A stretch of 64,000 bases of DNA from Vitrella brassicaformis CCMP3155 (taxonomy: Eukaryota > Protista > Chromerida), in the NCBI GenBank assembly GCA_001179505.1, contig CDMY01000130.1, forward strand, positions 1-64,000. The letters are read 5' to 3'. The notes under the pieces were generated by a model. It searched no databases, had not been told where the DNA came from, and saw only the letters and a list, made by a program, of their open reading frames with translations. The translations under genes and the position numbers were made by a program. Every line of letters begins with the position of its first letter. Position 1 is the stretch's first letter. Positions 49,004 to 62,856 of the stretch are shown here, in pieces.

Positions 49004-49749
49004 ATGTCCGAGAGAGGGCGGTTCTACGGCGAGCAAGAGTTCACTCCGTGGCTGACCATCAGCCAGATCCTCTACCTGCAGGCCGTCTTCTGGTTTTCTT
49101 ACGTCATCTTGGGCTCAGCTTTCGCGTTTCTGGGCGGCCTCCCCCTCTCGCTCTTTCCCTTCTTCTCCTATGTCCACTACTCATTCAGCTATGACAGGGG
49201 AATCGTGCTCTTCTTTGCCCTGCTCGCAAACTCCATCTTCGTCATGTGAGTGAGTAGAGTCGCCAGAGAGAGCCTAGCGGTGCTGACTGTCTGCCTGTCT
49301 GTCTGTCTGCCTGTCTGGCTGGCTGTCTGTCTATGTGGTCTCTCTGTCAGGGGCTATGTGGTTGCGGGGGCGGTCGAGCGGGCCAAGAAGTGTCTCGATT
49401 TCGTCTTCACCTGCCACTGCATCCATCTCGTCACTTGCTGGGGAGTCGGGGGATTCCCGCTGTCATGTAAGTAAGACGCACCCAGTATGCACACACGCGT
49501 CACACTGCTCGTTGATTGCTGGTGGTCAATGCATTGTGTGTGTGCTGCATCCATTCCATCCATTACGTTTGCATATCATCAGTTGGCTGGTGGATATCGA
49601 ATATTTTGGCGGCCGTGTTTGCCACCATTATGTCGGAGTGCATCTGCGTGCGGTACGAGCTGCAGGAGATCAAGCTGCGGCACCACTCGGACGCGCAGAG
49701 CTCAACTTCAGCTTCAGCAAGCGCCATGAACGGCAGCAACATGGTGTAG
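49004..49749 (+). CDS. SYS1: SYS1 Golgi integral membrane protein
   Basis: FYG...ISQILYLQAVFW...VERAKKCLDFVFTCHCIHLVTCW..GGFPLSWW...IMSECICVRYELQEI; 3 exons. Confidence 0.88.
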
Positions 49750-50397
49750 ATCCGCCGACCAGAGGAAGAGAAGGGCAGTGTGGGTGGGTGTCGATAGAAA
49801 GGGCGGCTGTCCGTCTGTGTGTGTGGTGGTGAATTCACTCGAGTGCACACTGACTGACTGACTGACTGACTTACTGGCTGGCTGACGTCCCTGTGGCGAT
49901 AATTGGTGCGTGCGTCATGTGGCCGTGCGGTCAAATCAATCAATTGACTGACGGCAGGAGAGGTGATTGATGGATTGATTGATTTGTTGTGCACGAGAGA
50001 GTCAGATAAGGAAGAAGATAGATGTGCCTGCCTGCCTGCCTGCCTGCCGATGACTCGTCATGAATGAGACGAAGGGTTTATTTGTGTTGACGCTCCATCT
50101 CATAGGGGACTGCTACCCGGGTGGGTGCACGGTGCTCTTTGTCAATGATGCATTCGGATACACATGCTTTTCTGCATGGCTGCATGCTGAGGCTGAGCAT
50201 TCGGTGCTAGTGATTCCTCGTGTAAGTGGTCTGAGTGAGTGACAAAACGAGTAACCCATCAGCACAAGCACGGAAAATGTGCCCCAACTCACGAGGCGTG
50301 AAACGGACAAATGGGCGTTAACGAAAACCGCAACGCCACGAGAAGAGGGGGGAAGGAACCCTGGTTGTACCGACACATTCCCTTCTCGCCACCTGCC

Positions 50398-52429
50398 ATG
50401 ATGAACCGCGGCTCGTTGACCCTTGCCCTGGTGGCTGTTGCACTGTGCTTCGCTGACCTGCCTGCACAGGCCGAACCGGCATCCGGCTCTCATCATGACT
50501 CCACGGTCCGTACGGGGAGTGCGGTGTACATGTATCACCCATCACATCGTATGTGTGTCTTGCTGATGGTGTGCGCGTTTCATGCAGGACACCGCAACTG
50601 ACGAACTGGTTGACGTCGGCATATTGGCGTTCTGTCGCAATGTGCTTGAAGACCCTGCCCAGCCTGGCGAGTATTTCTATGAGCTCAATAATCTGACCCC
50701 CGACCGCCCCAAGCAGCGCGTCTACCTGCCTGATGAAGTCGTCCACGGCAGTGTCAAGTGAGGCCGCAACACAACACAGTTCTGTGTGCCACCAACTGAG
50801 ATCTGTGATGTCTGCCCAGCTTCTACACCACAGACGAGCACGGCCGCAAAACACTATTTCCCAAGGGCGTGGCGCCAGCCGTGCGTCTGGCCGCCTGGGC
50901 ATCCGGCTCTAATGACTCCGCCGTCACTCAAACGGTCGGTACGGGGCGGGCCGTGTATCATCCATCACATCGTATGTGTGTCTTGCTGACGGTGTGCGCG
51001 TGTCACGCAGAGCACCGCAACTGACAAACTGGATGACGTCGGCACGTTGGAGTTCTGTCGCAATGTGCTTGAAGACCCTGCCCAGCCTGGCGAGTATTTC
51101 TATGTGCTCAACAGACTGATCTCCGACCGCCCCGAGGAGCGCGTCTACCTGCCGACCGATATCGCCCGCGCCAGTGTCCATTGTCAGCTAGATCATGTCA
51201 CTGAGCGGCGCTGTCACAATCAATGGCCTGCTGTCTGATTTGTGCTCACACAGTCTACATAACGGACACGAGCGGCCGCACAACAATGTTGAAAAAAGGC
51301 GTGCTGCCAAATGAAGAGACGTACGACGACATTGGCTGCACCAACACACGACGGGCAGACGGGCTCAGATCGATTGTGCTTTGTGTGTGTCGTCTTGTTG
51401 CCAGTGAGGGTGTGGCCAACAAAGGCGGCGTCACTGCACTGCAAGACCGGCAGGACGAGGGCTCATCATCATCATCATCATCATCATCATCGCTCGATGC
51501 CGCCATTCAGAGCCTCCAGAGCCGAGTGAGCGATCTCCAGGGTCTCCAGGAACGAGTGAACAATCTCGAGCAGCAGCTGGCCAAGGTGGGGGCCCTCTCC
51601 AGGGAGGCTGACGGCAATCTCGAGCAGCAGCTGGCCAAGGTTGGGGCGCTGTCCAGGGAGGCTGATGCGATGTTGGGTAAGGGGCTTCTCAGGCTAGGGC
51701 AGAGGGATGCTGAGACCGCTCCGGCCGTTGAGCAGGTCCGTCCATCCACACGGCCAGGCAGGCAGGCAGGCAGGCAGGCAGACAGGGGGTGTGGTGTGTC
51801 ATGCATGCCTGGGTGACATCCATCGTGTCGTGTTGGTTGTGATGCAGGCCTCGTCACTGGCTGCGTCCTTCCATGTCCTGAAAGCGCGAGTGGGAGATCT
51901 GGAACACCAAGTGTCCAACGTCGCGACGTCACTTGGGGAGGTGTACCTCAACAGTCTTTCACTTGGGGACGAGGCGGGTGCTCAGAAGGCCCCTCCGGCT
52001 GGCGAGGGTTATCCTCCGGATGTCAAAGCCACCACCACAACTCCACCACCTCCAACCACCACAACTCCACCACCTCCAACCACCACGGAGCAACCGACGA
52101 CGACCACCGCTGCCACCACTGAGCCGGCAACGACGACTGAGCCACCCACCACAACGGGTATGTCCTAAGCAAGACACTGCTGACTGACACCTGGCTGCTT
52201 GGTGTTTTGCTGGTATCCTGCAGACGAACCTGAGGAGCCTGAGAAGCCCGAAGAGCCCGAGAAGCCTGAGAAGCCCTATAATGAAGACAAGGCGGCCTCA
52301 GGGGGGCTGAGGGGTGCAGTGGAGCCGTCTGCTGTCGCGCACACCATCAATGCGACCTCCTCCTACCTCGAGAGAGCGTACCAGGGCCTCAAGTCGCTCA
52401 AGGCCTACCTGGGCCTGGGTGGCAACTGA
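50398..52429 (+). CDS. Secreted protein: two tandem copies of an unknown ~95-aa domain, a coiled coil, a Thr/Pro mucin tract and a PEK repeat
   Basis: MMNRGSLTLALVAVALCFA; FCRNVLEDPAQPGEYFY.LN.L..DRP..RVYLP x2; NLEQQLAKVGALSREAD x2 (54-bp unit); TTTTPPPP repeats; stop at 52427-52429. Confidence 0.8.
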
Positions 52430-53345
52430 CTGACAGACAGACGACACGGGCACACCTAATACCACCTGATACTAGTTAACTAGTCGGAGGGGTGTGCGCG
52501 TGTGTGTGTGGGGGGGGGGGTCTTTGTGAATGTGTTGATGCATTGCATGTCACTGCATGTCGGTTGGCTGAGAATTTTCCCTGCGCGAGGGTGACCACCG
52601 TGACCGCCGAAGACGCGTGGGTGATGGCTCTCTTGCAGGTTGTTTCCTTGTTTGTCCGCTGGCTGAGCAATTCATAGATCGAATGGTTTGTGGCTGGCTG
52701 CCTGGTTGTCTGTCGATAACGATGCGATTGTGGGCTGCGTGCCGGGGAGGGGAGGGTCCGCAGGTAGAGAAGGCTGAACGTTGTTGTGAGGCATCCGTGC
52801 AGTTAGCTAGCTAGTCGTCACGGTCCACTAGTGGTGTTTTATTCTTGTGCTGTCTGTACCAAGTGCGTCCAGTCGCTGTGTACAGGAATGGAAGACTGAG
52901 GAGTGACTGAGTGAGAGAGTGCATCCACCTAGTGCAGTGCATCCACGTAGCGAGCGGTATTTTGTGTATATGTGTGGGTCAAGAGTAGGGCAGTCGCGCT
53001 AATCGGTGTGCGCGGGAGCGAGTGAGGGATGCATCGGCGAGGTACGTGTGCGTGTTTGCATGGGGGCTGTATCCAATCTCATACATGTACACATCGATGA
53101 CAACCGGGATGCCATGGGAAGACACACACGGGCGCAAGGATGAAAATTACCATCGCACTCATTCGCCTCAGTGCAATGGTTTTTCGGATTCTCGACGTGG
53201 GGACGTCACATTTGTTGATCCGAAGTCATGCATCACACACACACACACACACACGAATTCATGTATCAGTCACGCCTTGGCACTTGCTGTGTCTCCCACA
53301 CTCACACCACGCCACACTCGTTGGCATTCTCATCGGTCTGGGCAG

Positions 53346-55128
53346 CTACCACCTGCCCCTGCCCCTGGTCTCGCCGCTGTGTGTGTACATGTTGCCAGGC
53401 CCCCCATGAGACAAACGGTGCGACTCCTCTGTCAACACGATGGGCGGCCACCTGTGTGTACAGACACACGCAACAGACACGGGATGAGTGTCAGCCCCTA
53501 TTTTGTCCCGATCTCTGCGTACCAGTCTTGGTCGCACACATTGCCTGCGCCGTCTTCTGCATGTCGGTCGTCGCTCACGGCCTCCTGTCTCTGTGTGAGG
53601 GAGATCAGCGAATGCAGCTCCGGGCTGTGCGACAGCCCACACTGCGCCAAGATCGATAAACGCCCGACGGATGCGCGGACACAAGGCGGGGAGTGGCATT
53701 CTGTTCCGCATTTTTCATTCACTCGCCCACTCACCCGTTTGTATGCGTCGATGAGGGCCGTGTAGAGCCGCATTGGCAGGCGGATCCGCGTCGCCGCAGC
53801 ATGGGTCATCAAGTGATAACCTACACCGCACATGGTCATGTCGATACGCATGGTCTGTGTTGGTGACTGTCTCGACGTATGTATGTACCGAGTTCTAGGT
53901 TTTGCTTCTGGATGCATCCGTCCATGAGGGTGGCGTAGAGGCTGTGGGTGACGTAGGCGCCGAGAGGTGTCGACTGCAGCGACAGGAACAACTGAATCGA
54001 CCAACACACAAAAGAGGGAGGCACAGAGACATACACGGCTCAATATGTATGTGGGTGGATGCATTTCGGCGTGACGCTCTCCATCCATGTGTGTCTACCC
54101 CCATTGCGTCTTTGAGGAGTCCGCACTGGACCAAGCCCTGTCAACACGTTGCGCAACGGAAAGTGTCACGTTGCGCATCTATCAGCCCTGCAGAGGCCAT
54201 ATATACATACATACATACTTGTACGGCGCTTTCGTAGAAGTGAATGTCAGGTGTGACGGCCTGGTCTTGCTTCATGCTGTCCACCACCTAAAGCATGAAG
54301 TGAACACCAAGCAAGGTACACGAAAACATACACGAAAGCACACACCTAGGTGTACCTTTGCGACGCCTTGTCCGTCGCCCGCATTGGCGTACGCTTTGAT
54401 GAGGGCCGTGTAGGTCAGCACAGACGGCGGGATGGACGAGGCAGACATCTCGGACAACACCTAAACACACCCATGGGTCGGTACCCACAACACACACGCC
54501 CTGGTCGCTTACCGTCTTGGCCATTCCGATATCACCGCACCTCGCGCACGCGAGCAGCAGGCCGTCGACCACGGCCAGCAGGTCAACCGTGTTCACGGGA
54601 GTGATGCACCGCCGCATCTCCGCAAACGAAGATAGAGACGCATCCAGCTGCCCTGAGAGAGCGTAAGCCTGCACGCATGACGGGACACACGCATAATGCG
54701 TACATGGGAATGCCGCATCATGTGTGTATGCTTGTGTCTCAATGAGGTAGGTGTACGTGCCTTGCACATGATCAGATGTGTGGTGGCGTTTGGCCGGACA
54801 CGATCGCGCTTCATCATGCCCAGCAGCTTGCGCGCGTGCTGCATGTCGTTGCATCGCGCGGATGCGTCGATGCACAGGTTGTGGGTGAGCACATCGGCTT
54901 TCAGCCCCATCTCACGCATCTCATCCACCAACTGCAGGAGCATACGCGCATATGATATGTGCGGATGTGCAGATTGTGTGCGACACTGACTGACCTGCAT
55001 GCATCTGTCGAGGCGTCCCATCCCGCCCTCCATCTTTATCAGGGCGTTGTACACGCGGCCGTTGCCCACCACACGCCGCCCCTGCATCTCTTGAAACAAA
55101 GCAACAGCCGTCTCGTCTGCATTGGCTG

Positions 55129-55159
<31 letters not shown>

Positions 55160-58100
55160 AACATACAATACACATTCACCGTGATGATATCTGTCTCTGT
55201 TGAAAGCAGAGGCCACATCCCACCTTCGACAGCTCCCCAGATGAGGTTGGAGTAGATGAGGCTGTCGGTCAGCAGACCAGAGGCCTCCAACTCGTCTTTC
55301 AACGCAAGAGCGCGCGGCAATGTGACAGGCGACAGAACATACGCCTGTCACCGATTGACCCACCAGACAGAGAGGCGAATGTTTAAAGTCCTCTCTGGCG
55401 GATTCAGTTACTTTGATGAGTATGGAGTAGGTGACGATGGATGACGGTGTGATGCCCGCGTCGAGCATGCGGTTGAAGACCTCCTCGGCCCTGTCGACCT
55501 TCCCAAACGTCACGCACGCATCCATCAACGACGCAAATAACACCTGCACGATCGAAACAGAACCATATACACTTCTCTCCCTATGTGTGTGTGAGAGAGA
55601 AAGAGAGAGGGAGAGTATGTTTGTTTACCTCGTCGGGCATGATGTTTTGCCTCCGCATGTCCTCCAGGCACTGGAAGCCCTTGGTCAGGTGCTCATTCTC
55701 ACTGCCAGGATGTGATGACGTGTGCCTGCAGATACAAAGGGATGATGTATGCACACGCTCACAGAGTGGGACACATTTGAACTTGCTTGTATATTTTGAG
55801 GCCTTTGATGAGTGTCGAGTAGGTGACGCTGTCAGGAGACACGCCCTGGGCCTTCATCGTCTCCAGCAGCTGCCACGCACCTTCACACAGGCACACATAC
55901 ACACAATATGCAGACACCTGCATGTGTGTCCTTGCTTGTTTTATATATGTGTGTACTTTCGACTTGTTTGGCCTTGACGCATCCGCACATGAGTGAGTTG
56001 TACGTCACCACGTCGGGCTCGATGCCCTCTTGCTGCATCGTCCCCAGCAAGTCAAACGCACGATCCAAACTCTGCAGACATGTACGCACACAAATACACA
56101 AACGGATACGTTTGCGTACGTTTGGGTGTAGTGAAGGTGTGTAAGAGCCAAGTCACTGACCCCGTTGGTGTAGTGTGCGCGCATCATGATGTTGTACGTC
56201 AGCCGAGAGGGCTTCACCTGCACAGTTGCACACAGGCACAATCCAGAAGATGCACACGTGACGTGCACATCGACACAAATCCAGTGAGTGCGTGCATGTG
56301 TGCAGGCAGGGCTGTAGTACGCTTTTCTCCTTCATGCGCTCGAACAGCTCGATGGCTCTGTGCGGCTGCCGGCAGTGTATGCACACGTCCAGCAGACAGT
56401 TGTACATACCGCTGTCAGGCGTCCGGCCCAAACTGACACGACACGCACACACACCAACACCACAACAAACGTAAGTATGAGCTCAAACCACGGAAACCCT
56501 GTTACCCCTACACTACATACCTTTCCCAGACTTGGAAGATGCCCTCTGCCTTTTCCGCCTCGCCGATCTGTCCGGCGCACCGCATGAGTGTCATGAAGGA
56601 GGAGATGCTGGGTGAGGGATCGTGCAGCCATGGCCGAGGGTCGCACAACAACTGAAGGACAGACACGCGAGACAGACAGAACGGAGTCACATGGATGCTT
56701 CTCATCTTTGTCTGTCGGTGTGATGGGTGCATGCATTCACGAACCCACCTTAGCAGCGTCTCTTTTGCGGCCCACTTCCACCAGTTTGGACACCAGCAGC
56801 GTGCAGATGTTCAGATTGGCAAAGCCTGAAGAGACGAAAAAGCTGTGCCCGTGTCTGGCGTCCATGTCTCTAGTTGAAATGCGGACGTACCTCGCTCGTT
56901 CATTTCTGCGAACCACCTCATGGCGTCGTCGAGCCGCTCGCGATACGTCAGGTTGCGCACCAGCTGGGCGTAGAGGGCCAGAGACGCCTTGTTGGACTGA
57001 CGCGCCTCCTGCACAGCACACAGCACACAGCACACATACGTCACGTGCGCTTGGTCGGTTGTTTTGAAGGGTCACCTGGAACGTCTGGAAGACCCTCTGC
57101 ATGTTGCCCGTGGCGAAGTACAGCTCAAGCATCGATATGTAGAAGGGGGTCGACAGATCCATTTTCAATGACAACATGTCTGCACAGCCATAGACACATA
57201 CATTTGTGTGTGTGGGTGAGTGTACGTGGGCAATTTTCTTCTTCGCTTCTTCGTTTTTCTGTTTCCGTGAGTGCCTCCGCTCGACTCACCCTGTTTCAGC
57301 TCTTCGACACGGCGCACTTGTTTCCTGCTGGCGTAGAGCTTCACCAGCAGATAATACGAATACTCGTCAAGCGGCAAATCTGACCAAACACAGCCGGTGC
57401 ACATGACACGGAGGAAATCTGAGTGCCTTCCTGTCTCGTCCTGACTGTTCTGCCAGCTCTGCTGCACGATCATCTCAGCCTTGCGCAGATCTCCAGTCTC
57501 CATGGCAACCTGCGTCGCAGACACAGAGGATACAAGGCCCAACTATGCTCAAGCACGCAAGCTCACTTTGAGCATGAGGTTTCGTTTGCTGATTGCCGTG
57601 AAGGTGTCAGACTCCTTCGCCTCGGTCACCAGCTGGTACATCTTCTCACACGGCATCGGGTGGCTGCCCCTCGTGTCACCGCTCACCTGAGGAAGCCAGT
57701 CAGTTAGCGCATGCAGACAAAGATGCACACACACGTGTGCATGCGATTCATAGACATGGACACGTACACACGTGGATGCTTACGGAGTCCATGGATGGCT
57801 GCGATGGCGTGGTGAGCAGTGCAGTGGTGTCCTCTCCCTCTGACGTCCGCTGCCCGTCATTGTCCTTCGACCGGCCGCCGCGGACCACCTCTGGCCCTGT
57901 CGACGCGAAACACACATTCGGAGGGATTCCTCTGGACACACGTATGTTTGGTTGGTGGTACCGGCGGCCTTGATCGGGTCGAATCCAGGGGGAGGGAAGG
58001 GACTCGGAACAGTGAAGGAGGGATCGATCTGAGTGCCTGTTGGCAAGGAGGGAGAAGACACGCATGTCTCGATGAGTGCATGTGCGTATCCTTGTCTGCA

Positions 58101-59579
58101 ACGGACCTGATCGCGCTGTCACCTCACGTATGACGTACTGGTACAGCCGCGTGCTCGCCACGCCGCGCTCGCCAGCCTCCTGCACACAGGCACAGATACT
58201 CATATTCGCAGATGAAAAGACGGTCCAATATGATGCGATGCAAGTGGCATGCGGACCTTGAGGAACTCCTCCGCCATTTTCTTTTCGTTTGAGTTGATCG
58301 AGCACTTGATGAGCGACTCATAGAAGTGCTCAGTCGGTGGCAGGGGGGGCATCCGATGAGAGGATATGCCCTGCGCACATACAGGAATACGCAGAAAAGT
58401 GTCGTGATAGATGGACATCCACATTATCTGTGTTTGTCTGTGTATGTGTGAATCCCACCTTGACCATGGTGGCGAACTCGAGCCGGTCGGTGTTGCCCAG
58501 GGTGATCGTCAGGCGATACACTACATCGGCATCAACTTGCAACAACAACGCTGAGGCAGAACAGAGGCAAAAGTGATGTCTCTCTCGGATACTTTTCGTG
58601 CATTCATACCATCTGCAGGGCAAAGGGGCGTCTCCCCGGTGATGAGATGGCTGACCACATGCATGAGGATCCACCCAACACACAAGCCATCGCCCCTTGC
58701 CTTCAGGCACGCGTTCACGAGCAGCACCGCCACCCCCCACGCCTCATGCCCCCCCTCGCCCCCGTCCAGATACCCACACACGTCACGTTTCGTCAACAGA
58801 AGCGTCAGGGCATCCAGCAGCTGACGCAGGGCATCAGCGTCGAGAGGCCCGGAGGGGAACTGCATACCGGTCGCGTCGCTGTCTCTGTCTTTGTTGAGGA
58901 ATATGCCGGTGCCAGTTGGAATCTTCTTGGACTGCAGGATGGTAGCGTTGACTAGCAGTATCCACCACTCGACGGCAAACGATGGGCTCGGAAGCATCGA
59001 TTGTCCTGTGCTCTAAACCGATCACATAAGCAATCAGAGCATTGGGTCATGTGAAGCTTAGTCTCTGTGGGGCTCACCGTAGTGAGTGTTGCGATGGAGT
59101 TCCACAGCCGCCAGAGCTCCTCCACCCGGCCCTCACGCAACAGCCGCTGGCCGTCCCTGACCCAGCAAAGCGACAAGGCCCCCGAACTCATATCAACTAC
59201 CTGCATACACTCAGCACACGAGGAGGAGACACACAATCCTGTGGCTCACGAAGACCGACCTATCTGTGTGAACACTCACCTCGTCCCGAGCAACGAAGTC
59301 ATGGTTGTTGCTCAAGCTAGTGGCTCCTTGGTCATGGCCGTGGATCGACGCTGCTGCCGCACAAGCGTCGTCCTTATGTCGTGCCTCAGGCTTTTGGCCT
59401 GGCTGCTGCGGCTCGTGCGCTCCCCGTCTGTTGCAGAGAGAGAGGAGACAGGTGAGGGGCCACGAGAGCACCGCCATGATAGTCTCGTCCGCATACATCC
59501 TGCGGCACATGTAGAGCTGCACACACACAGAAGGAGGGCGCCCGAAAAAGAGTGCGGATTCATTCTTAAGGCCTTCCAT
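53346..59579 (-). CDS. Large pentatricopeptide-repeat (PPR) protein, more than 20 exons; start uncertain
   Basis: Many 35-aa PPR units, e.g. PDSGMYNCLLDVCIH, PSRLTYNIMMRAH, EPDVVTYNSLMCGC, PDSVTYSTLIKG, LFASLMDACVTFGKVDRAEEVFNRM, RVYNALIKMEG, PSVLTYTALIKAYANAGD. Confidence 0.92.
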
Positions 59580-60032
59580 TCCTCACCGCTAGGCAGCAGC
59601 ATTGCGTAATGATGAGAATCTGGACGCACTCGGTGAGGATACCGGAATAGCTGCCGCTCAGAAATCGCCACCAGTCCATCATCATCATCCCTATTCACCA
59701 CCAAGGGACTTAAATCCTCAGGGGAACGCCGTTAAAGCAGAAACGCCGACGAATACGTGTACATGGGTGGGCTGCTGTATGGGGAAGGCGCTGTGAAGCT
59801 GTTCTGCAACGCAATTCTGCTCGTCTTGGGTCTCAGTGAAAGAGGAGGAAGACGGAAGGCTTCAGAGTCTCAGGCGCTTCTGCACTGCAGAGGAGGCAGG
59901 GAACAAGACAAGGGATGGAAAAGGAGCTCAATGGCAGATAGAGGCGCCACGGGGGGCAAGAAAGCCCGGAAAACGTGTACCGTTTGGGGGAATGAGGGAG
60001 CGAAAAATGCCAAATGGAAAAATGATGGGACC

Positions 60033-62856
60033 ATGAAGAGGTAAAGGTTCTGCGTAGAGCTGCATGGCTCATCGTTTGCTTGTGCTTGACAACGATCAGT
60101 CCACCGTAACGGTTTGCTTCTGTTGGTTGTGCGCGGTGTAGGTACGAGGCAGAGTTCGACGAGGTGAAGGTGTGTTTGGTTCATGCAAGAGGGGGGCAAG
60201 GTTTGATGTCTGTGCAGTGCACACGGCGTGTGTGTTTTATGCAGGTGCTCGGCAAGGGCAGTCAGGGGAAGGCGGTGTTGCTGCAGGTCAACGAAACTCG
60301 CTCTCAGAGCATAGCGTCTCCTCTCAGTGAGTACTTGTGCTTTGCAGAGAATAGCCACTGGCGAGTACCTGGTCGGCAAGAGGATTGTGACCAAGCTGGA
60401 GAGAAAAGACAAGACCAAATGCATTCAAGAGGTGAGCAACACAGAGACCAAGTGATTGATCAAGTGCCCCTTGTATCAAGTGCCCCTCGTGTCGCACACC
60501 TTTCCAGATTCAGCTGATGCAGCGTCTAAAGCATCCCCTCTTGGCTGCTTATCAAGGTGCCTTGTATCTTTCTGACGATGAATTGGTTATACTGATGAAG
60601 TACTACCCTGGTCGGCAAAGAGACACATTCAAATCAAGCAAACACTTTCTCTTTCTCGTGCTCTGATCAGGGGGGAACATGGCCACTCTCATATACAACA
60701 GGACCGAGCCATTCTTGGAGTCTCAGGTGTTGAATTATGTCACGCAGCTTCTGATCGCGCTCGAGTTCATTCACAATCACAAAGTCATCCATCGGAATGT
60801 GAAACCATCGAATGTCTTCGTCTCGCAGAATGACAATGTTGGCAAGGCAGAAAAGACAGATAGAGAGTTGTGCAGTCATTATGGTGTGCGTTCTTTTCCT
60901 TTCTGTAATGCAGATATGCCTTGGTGACTTGGGCGTGTCTCGTCAGCTCGAGTCAACAGGCAAGCCGGAAGCGTACTACGTCAGGTGTGGCACAGACATA
61001 GAGAGCAAGTGAAGAACGTACAGAATTCAATTGCTTGGTGTGTCAGCCCAGAGGTCTGCGAGGGAGGCCTGTATTCATTTGCGTCGGACATCTGGGGTGT
61101 TGGTGCAATTGCATGTGAGATGCTTACACTGGAGGTGCGCGCATCTCCGGTGCATTTGCACATGCGTTGAGTTGATACAAACAACGTGCCTTCCTTCAGA
61201 AACCGTACGATTCCATTGCCGACATCATGAAATGCGAGACGCCACTGCACTTGCCTGATTCGGTGAATGACGGGACAATCAGCATGGATTGCGCCCGAGG
61301 GACGACGCGTTGTTGATGGGTGTCAGGTGTCACCAGGAATGCACGCTCTCGTCCAGTAGGCGCTCTCTCCTTCTAGTGGACGCCGATGTGTCATGTTATG
61401 GGTACTGACAGGTGTCTCATGCATCTTGACCCCAATCAAAGGCCCACAGCTAAGGCGCTGCTCGATCATCCACTCATTCTGCCATTCAGGCAAGTGCTTA
61501 CCCTCTGGAAAGGTATGGGAAGCATGCAGTAATGGCCAACATTGCAACAGCATTGCACATTTTTCTACGTCATATAGTGTCCGACTATGTGGTGTCATGT
61601 CCACTTGTTTCCAGACAAGCTTGACCGTTTGTCAAGTGATGATGCCCTGCAGTACGTGTCACAGACTGACGCAGCTGCACGGGAGGCAGCCTCTCACGCC
61701 TGCGACGCAGGGACAGTCGATTGGCAGCCAAGTAGAAGCGGAGACTCGCCCACACCTGCAAGACCACTGCAAGTGAGTAAGTCCCCATGATATGCTCATG
61801 AAGTGCATTGACTCTCTCCGTGTTTGTGTTCGTTTCTCTTAGCAAGCGAAAGAGGCCGTTGCGCGCTATGCAGCCCCTGCAGCTCTGCAGTCGCCTCCGA
61901 AGCACTGGAGGGATTTCGCGACCAGCAGGGGCTCGTCCATGGCGGACGAGCTGCAGAGGAGCGGGAATGCAATGGGTGGGTGACAGATGATGCTGCCATC
62001 CTCTTGGCTGCGACACAACATGGGGTTTCTCTCCATTTCGCTGGACAGACAGTCCCACTGCGTGTCGCAGTAAGACTTCATCTGATGCTCATCCCGCTGA
62101 TGCCACAGGCGTCCCACCACAATTGCGGACACAAAGGAGACACTCAAGCGCACCGCCAAAGAATGACAGCCAGGCGGTAAGTCCGCATCCACTAAGAGGT
62201 ATACATAAGCCAGCTGACCACGTGTCTCTTCCGCAGGATGGGTCATTGCAAAGGATAGTCGAGGGTGGTCTGCTCAATATGGAGAGCGTTGCAAATGCAA
62301 CACGGCCCCGCGGCAAGATAGATGTCATCAAAGATGTCGTTCTCAATGGCGAGCTCTCTGGATGGCATGATACTGCCGTGGACTTCTTAGGTATCCATAC
62401 AGGGAGAAGAGAAGGAGCACTTACATCACTGACTCACTTGTCATGCAGTCTCTCCATACCCCTCTTCGCGTCCCCCCCGTCCCCCATCCGCCCCGCCACG
62501 CACACGATTCGACGACAAAAAGAAGAGACCGAAGAACAATCAATCACAAGAATGCACGGTGGGCATGTCGGCATGAGACATGAGACATGACGCATTTTCA
62601 TTTCATTGTTCAGTCGCCGGTGTTGCGTCGCCAAGTCACGTCTGATACCGACGAGTCGCGTGTGCCTCACACCGCAGCACTCACGCCTCAAGAGATGATC
62701 CAGCTGCTCAAGAAGGGGCTGGGCATCATCGATGAAAACAGCAGGACGGGCAAAAGGAAGAGCGGTAGGAACAAGAAGAGAGAAAGGGCCGCATGCCCTT
62801 CTTCGTCGTCTAGCGCGTCGTCGTGTGTACGGGAGGAGGCGGAAGGGGATGCATGA
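60033..62856 (+). CDS. NEK-like Ser/Thr kinase-domain protein with catalytic HRD->HRN (predicted pseudokinase) and a long C-tail
   Basis: Spliced VLGKGSQGKAVL...LVGKRI...IQEIQLMQRLKHP...HKVIHRNVKPSNVF...LGDLGVSR...SPEVCEGGLYSFASDIWGVG...LDPNQRPTAKALLDHP. Upstream in-frame ATGs are possible (e.g. 59931). Confidence 0.88.

Noticed and set aside
61357-61359. Apparent in-frame TAG in kinase subdomain XI
   Set aside because: It is part of a CA|gtagg donor; splicing to ~61412 restores LVQCLMHLDPNQRP.
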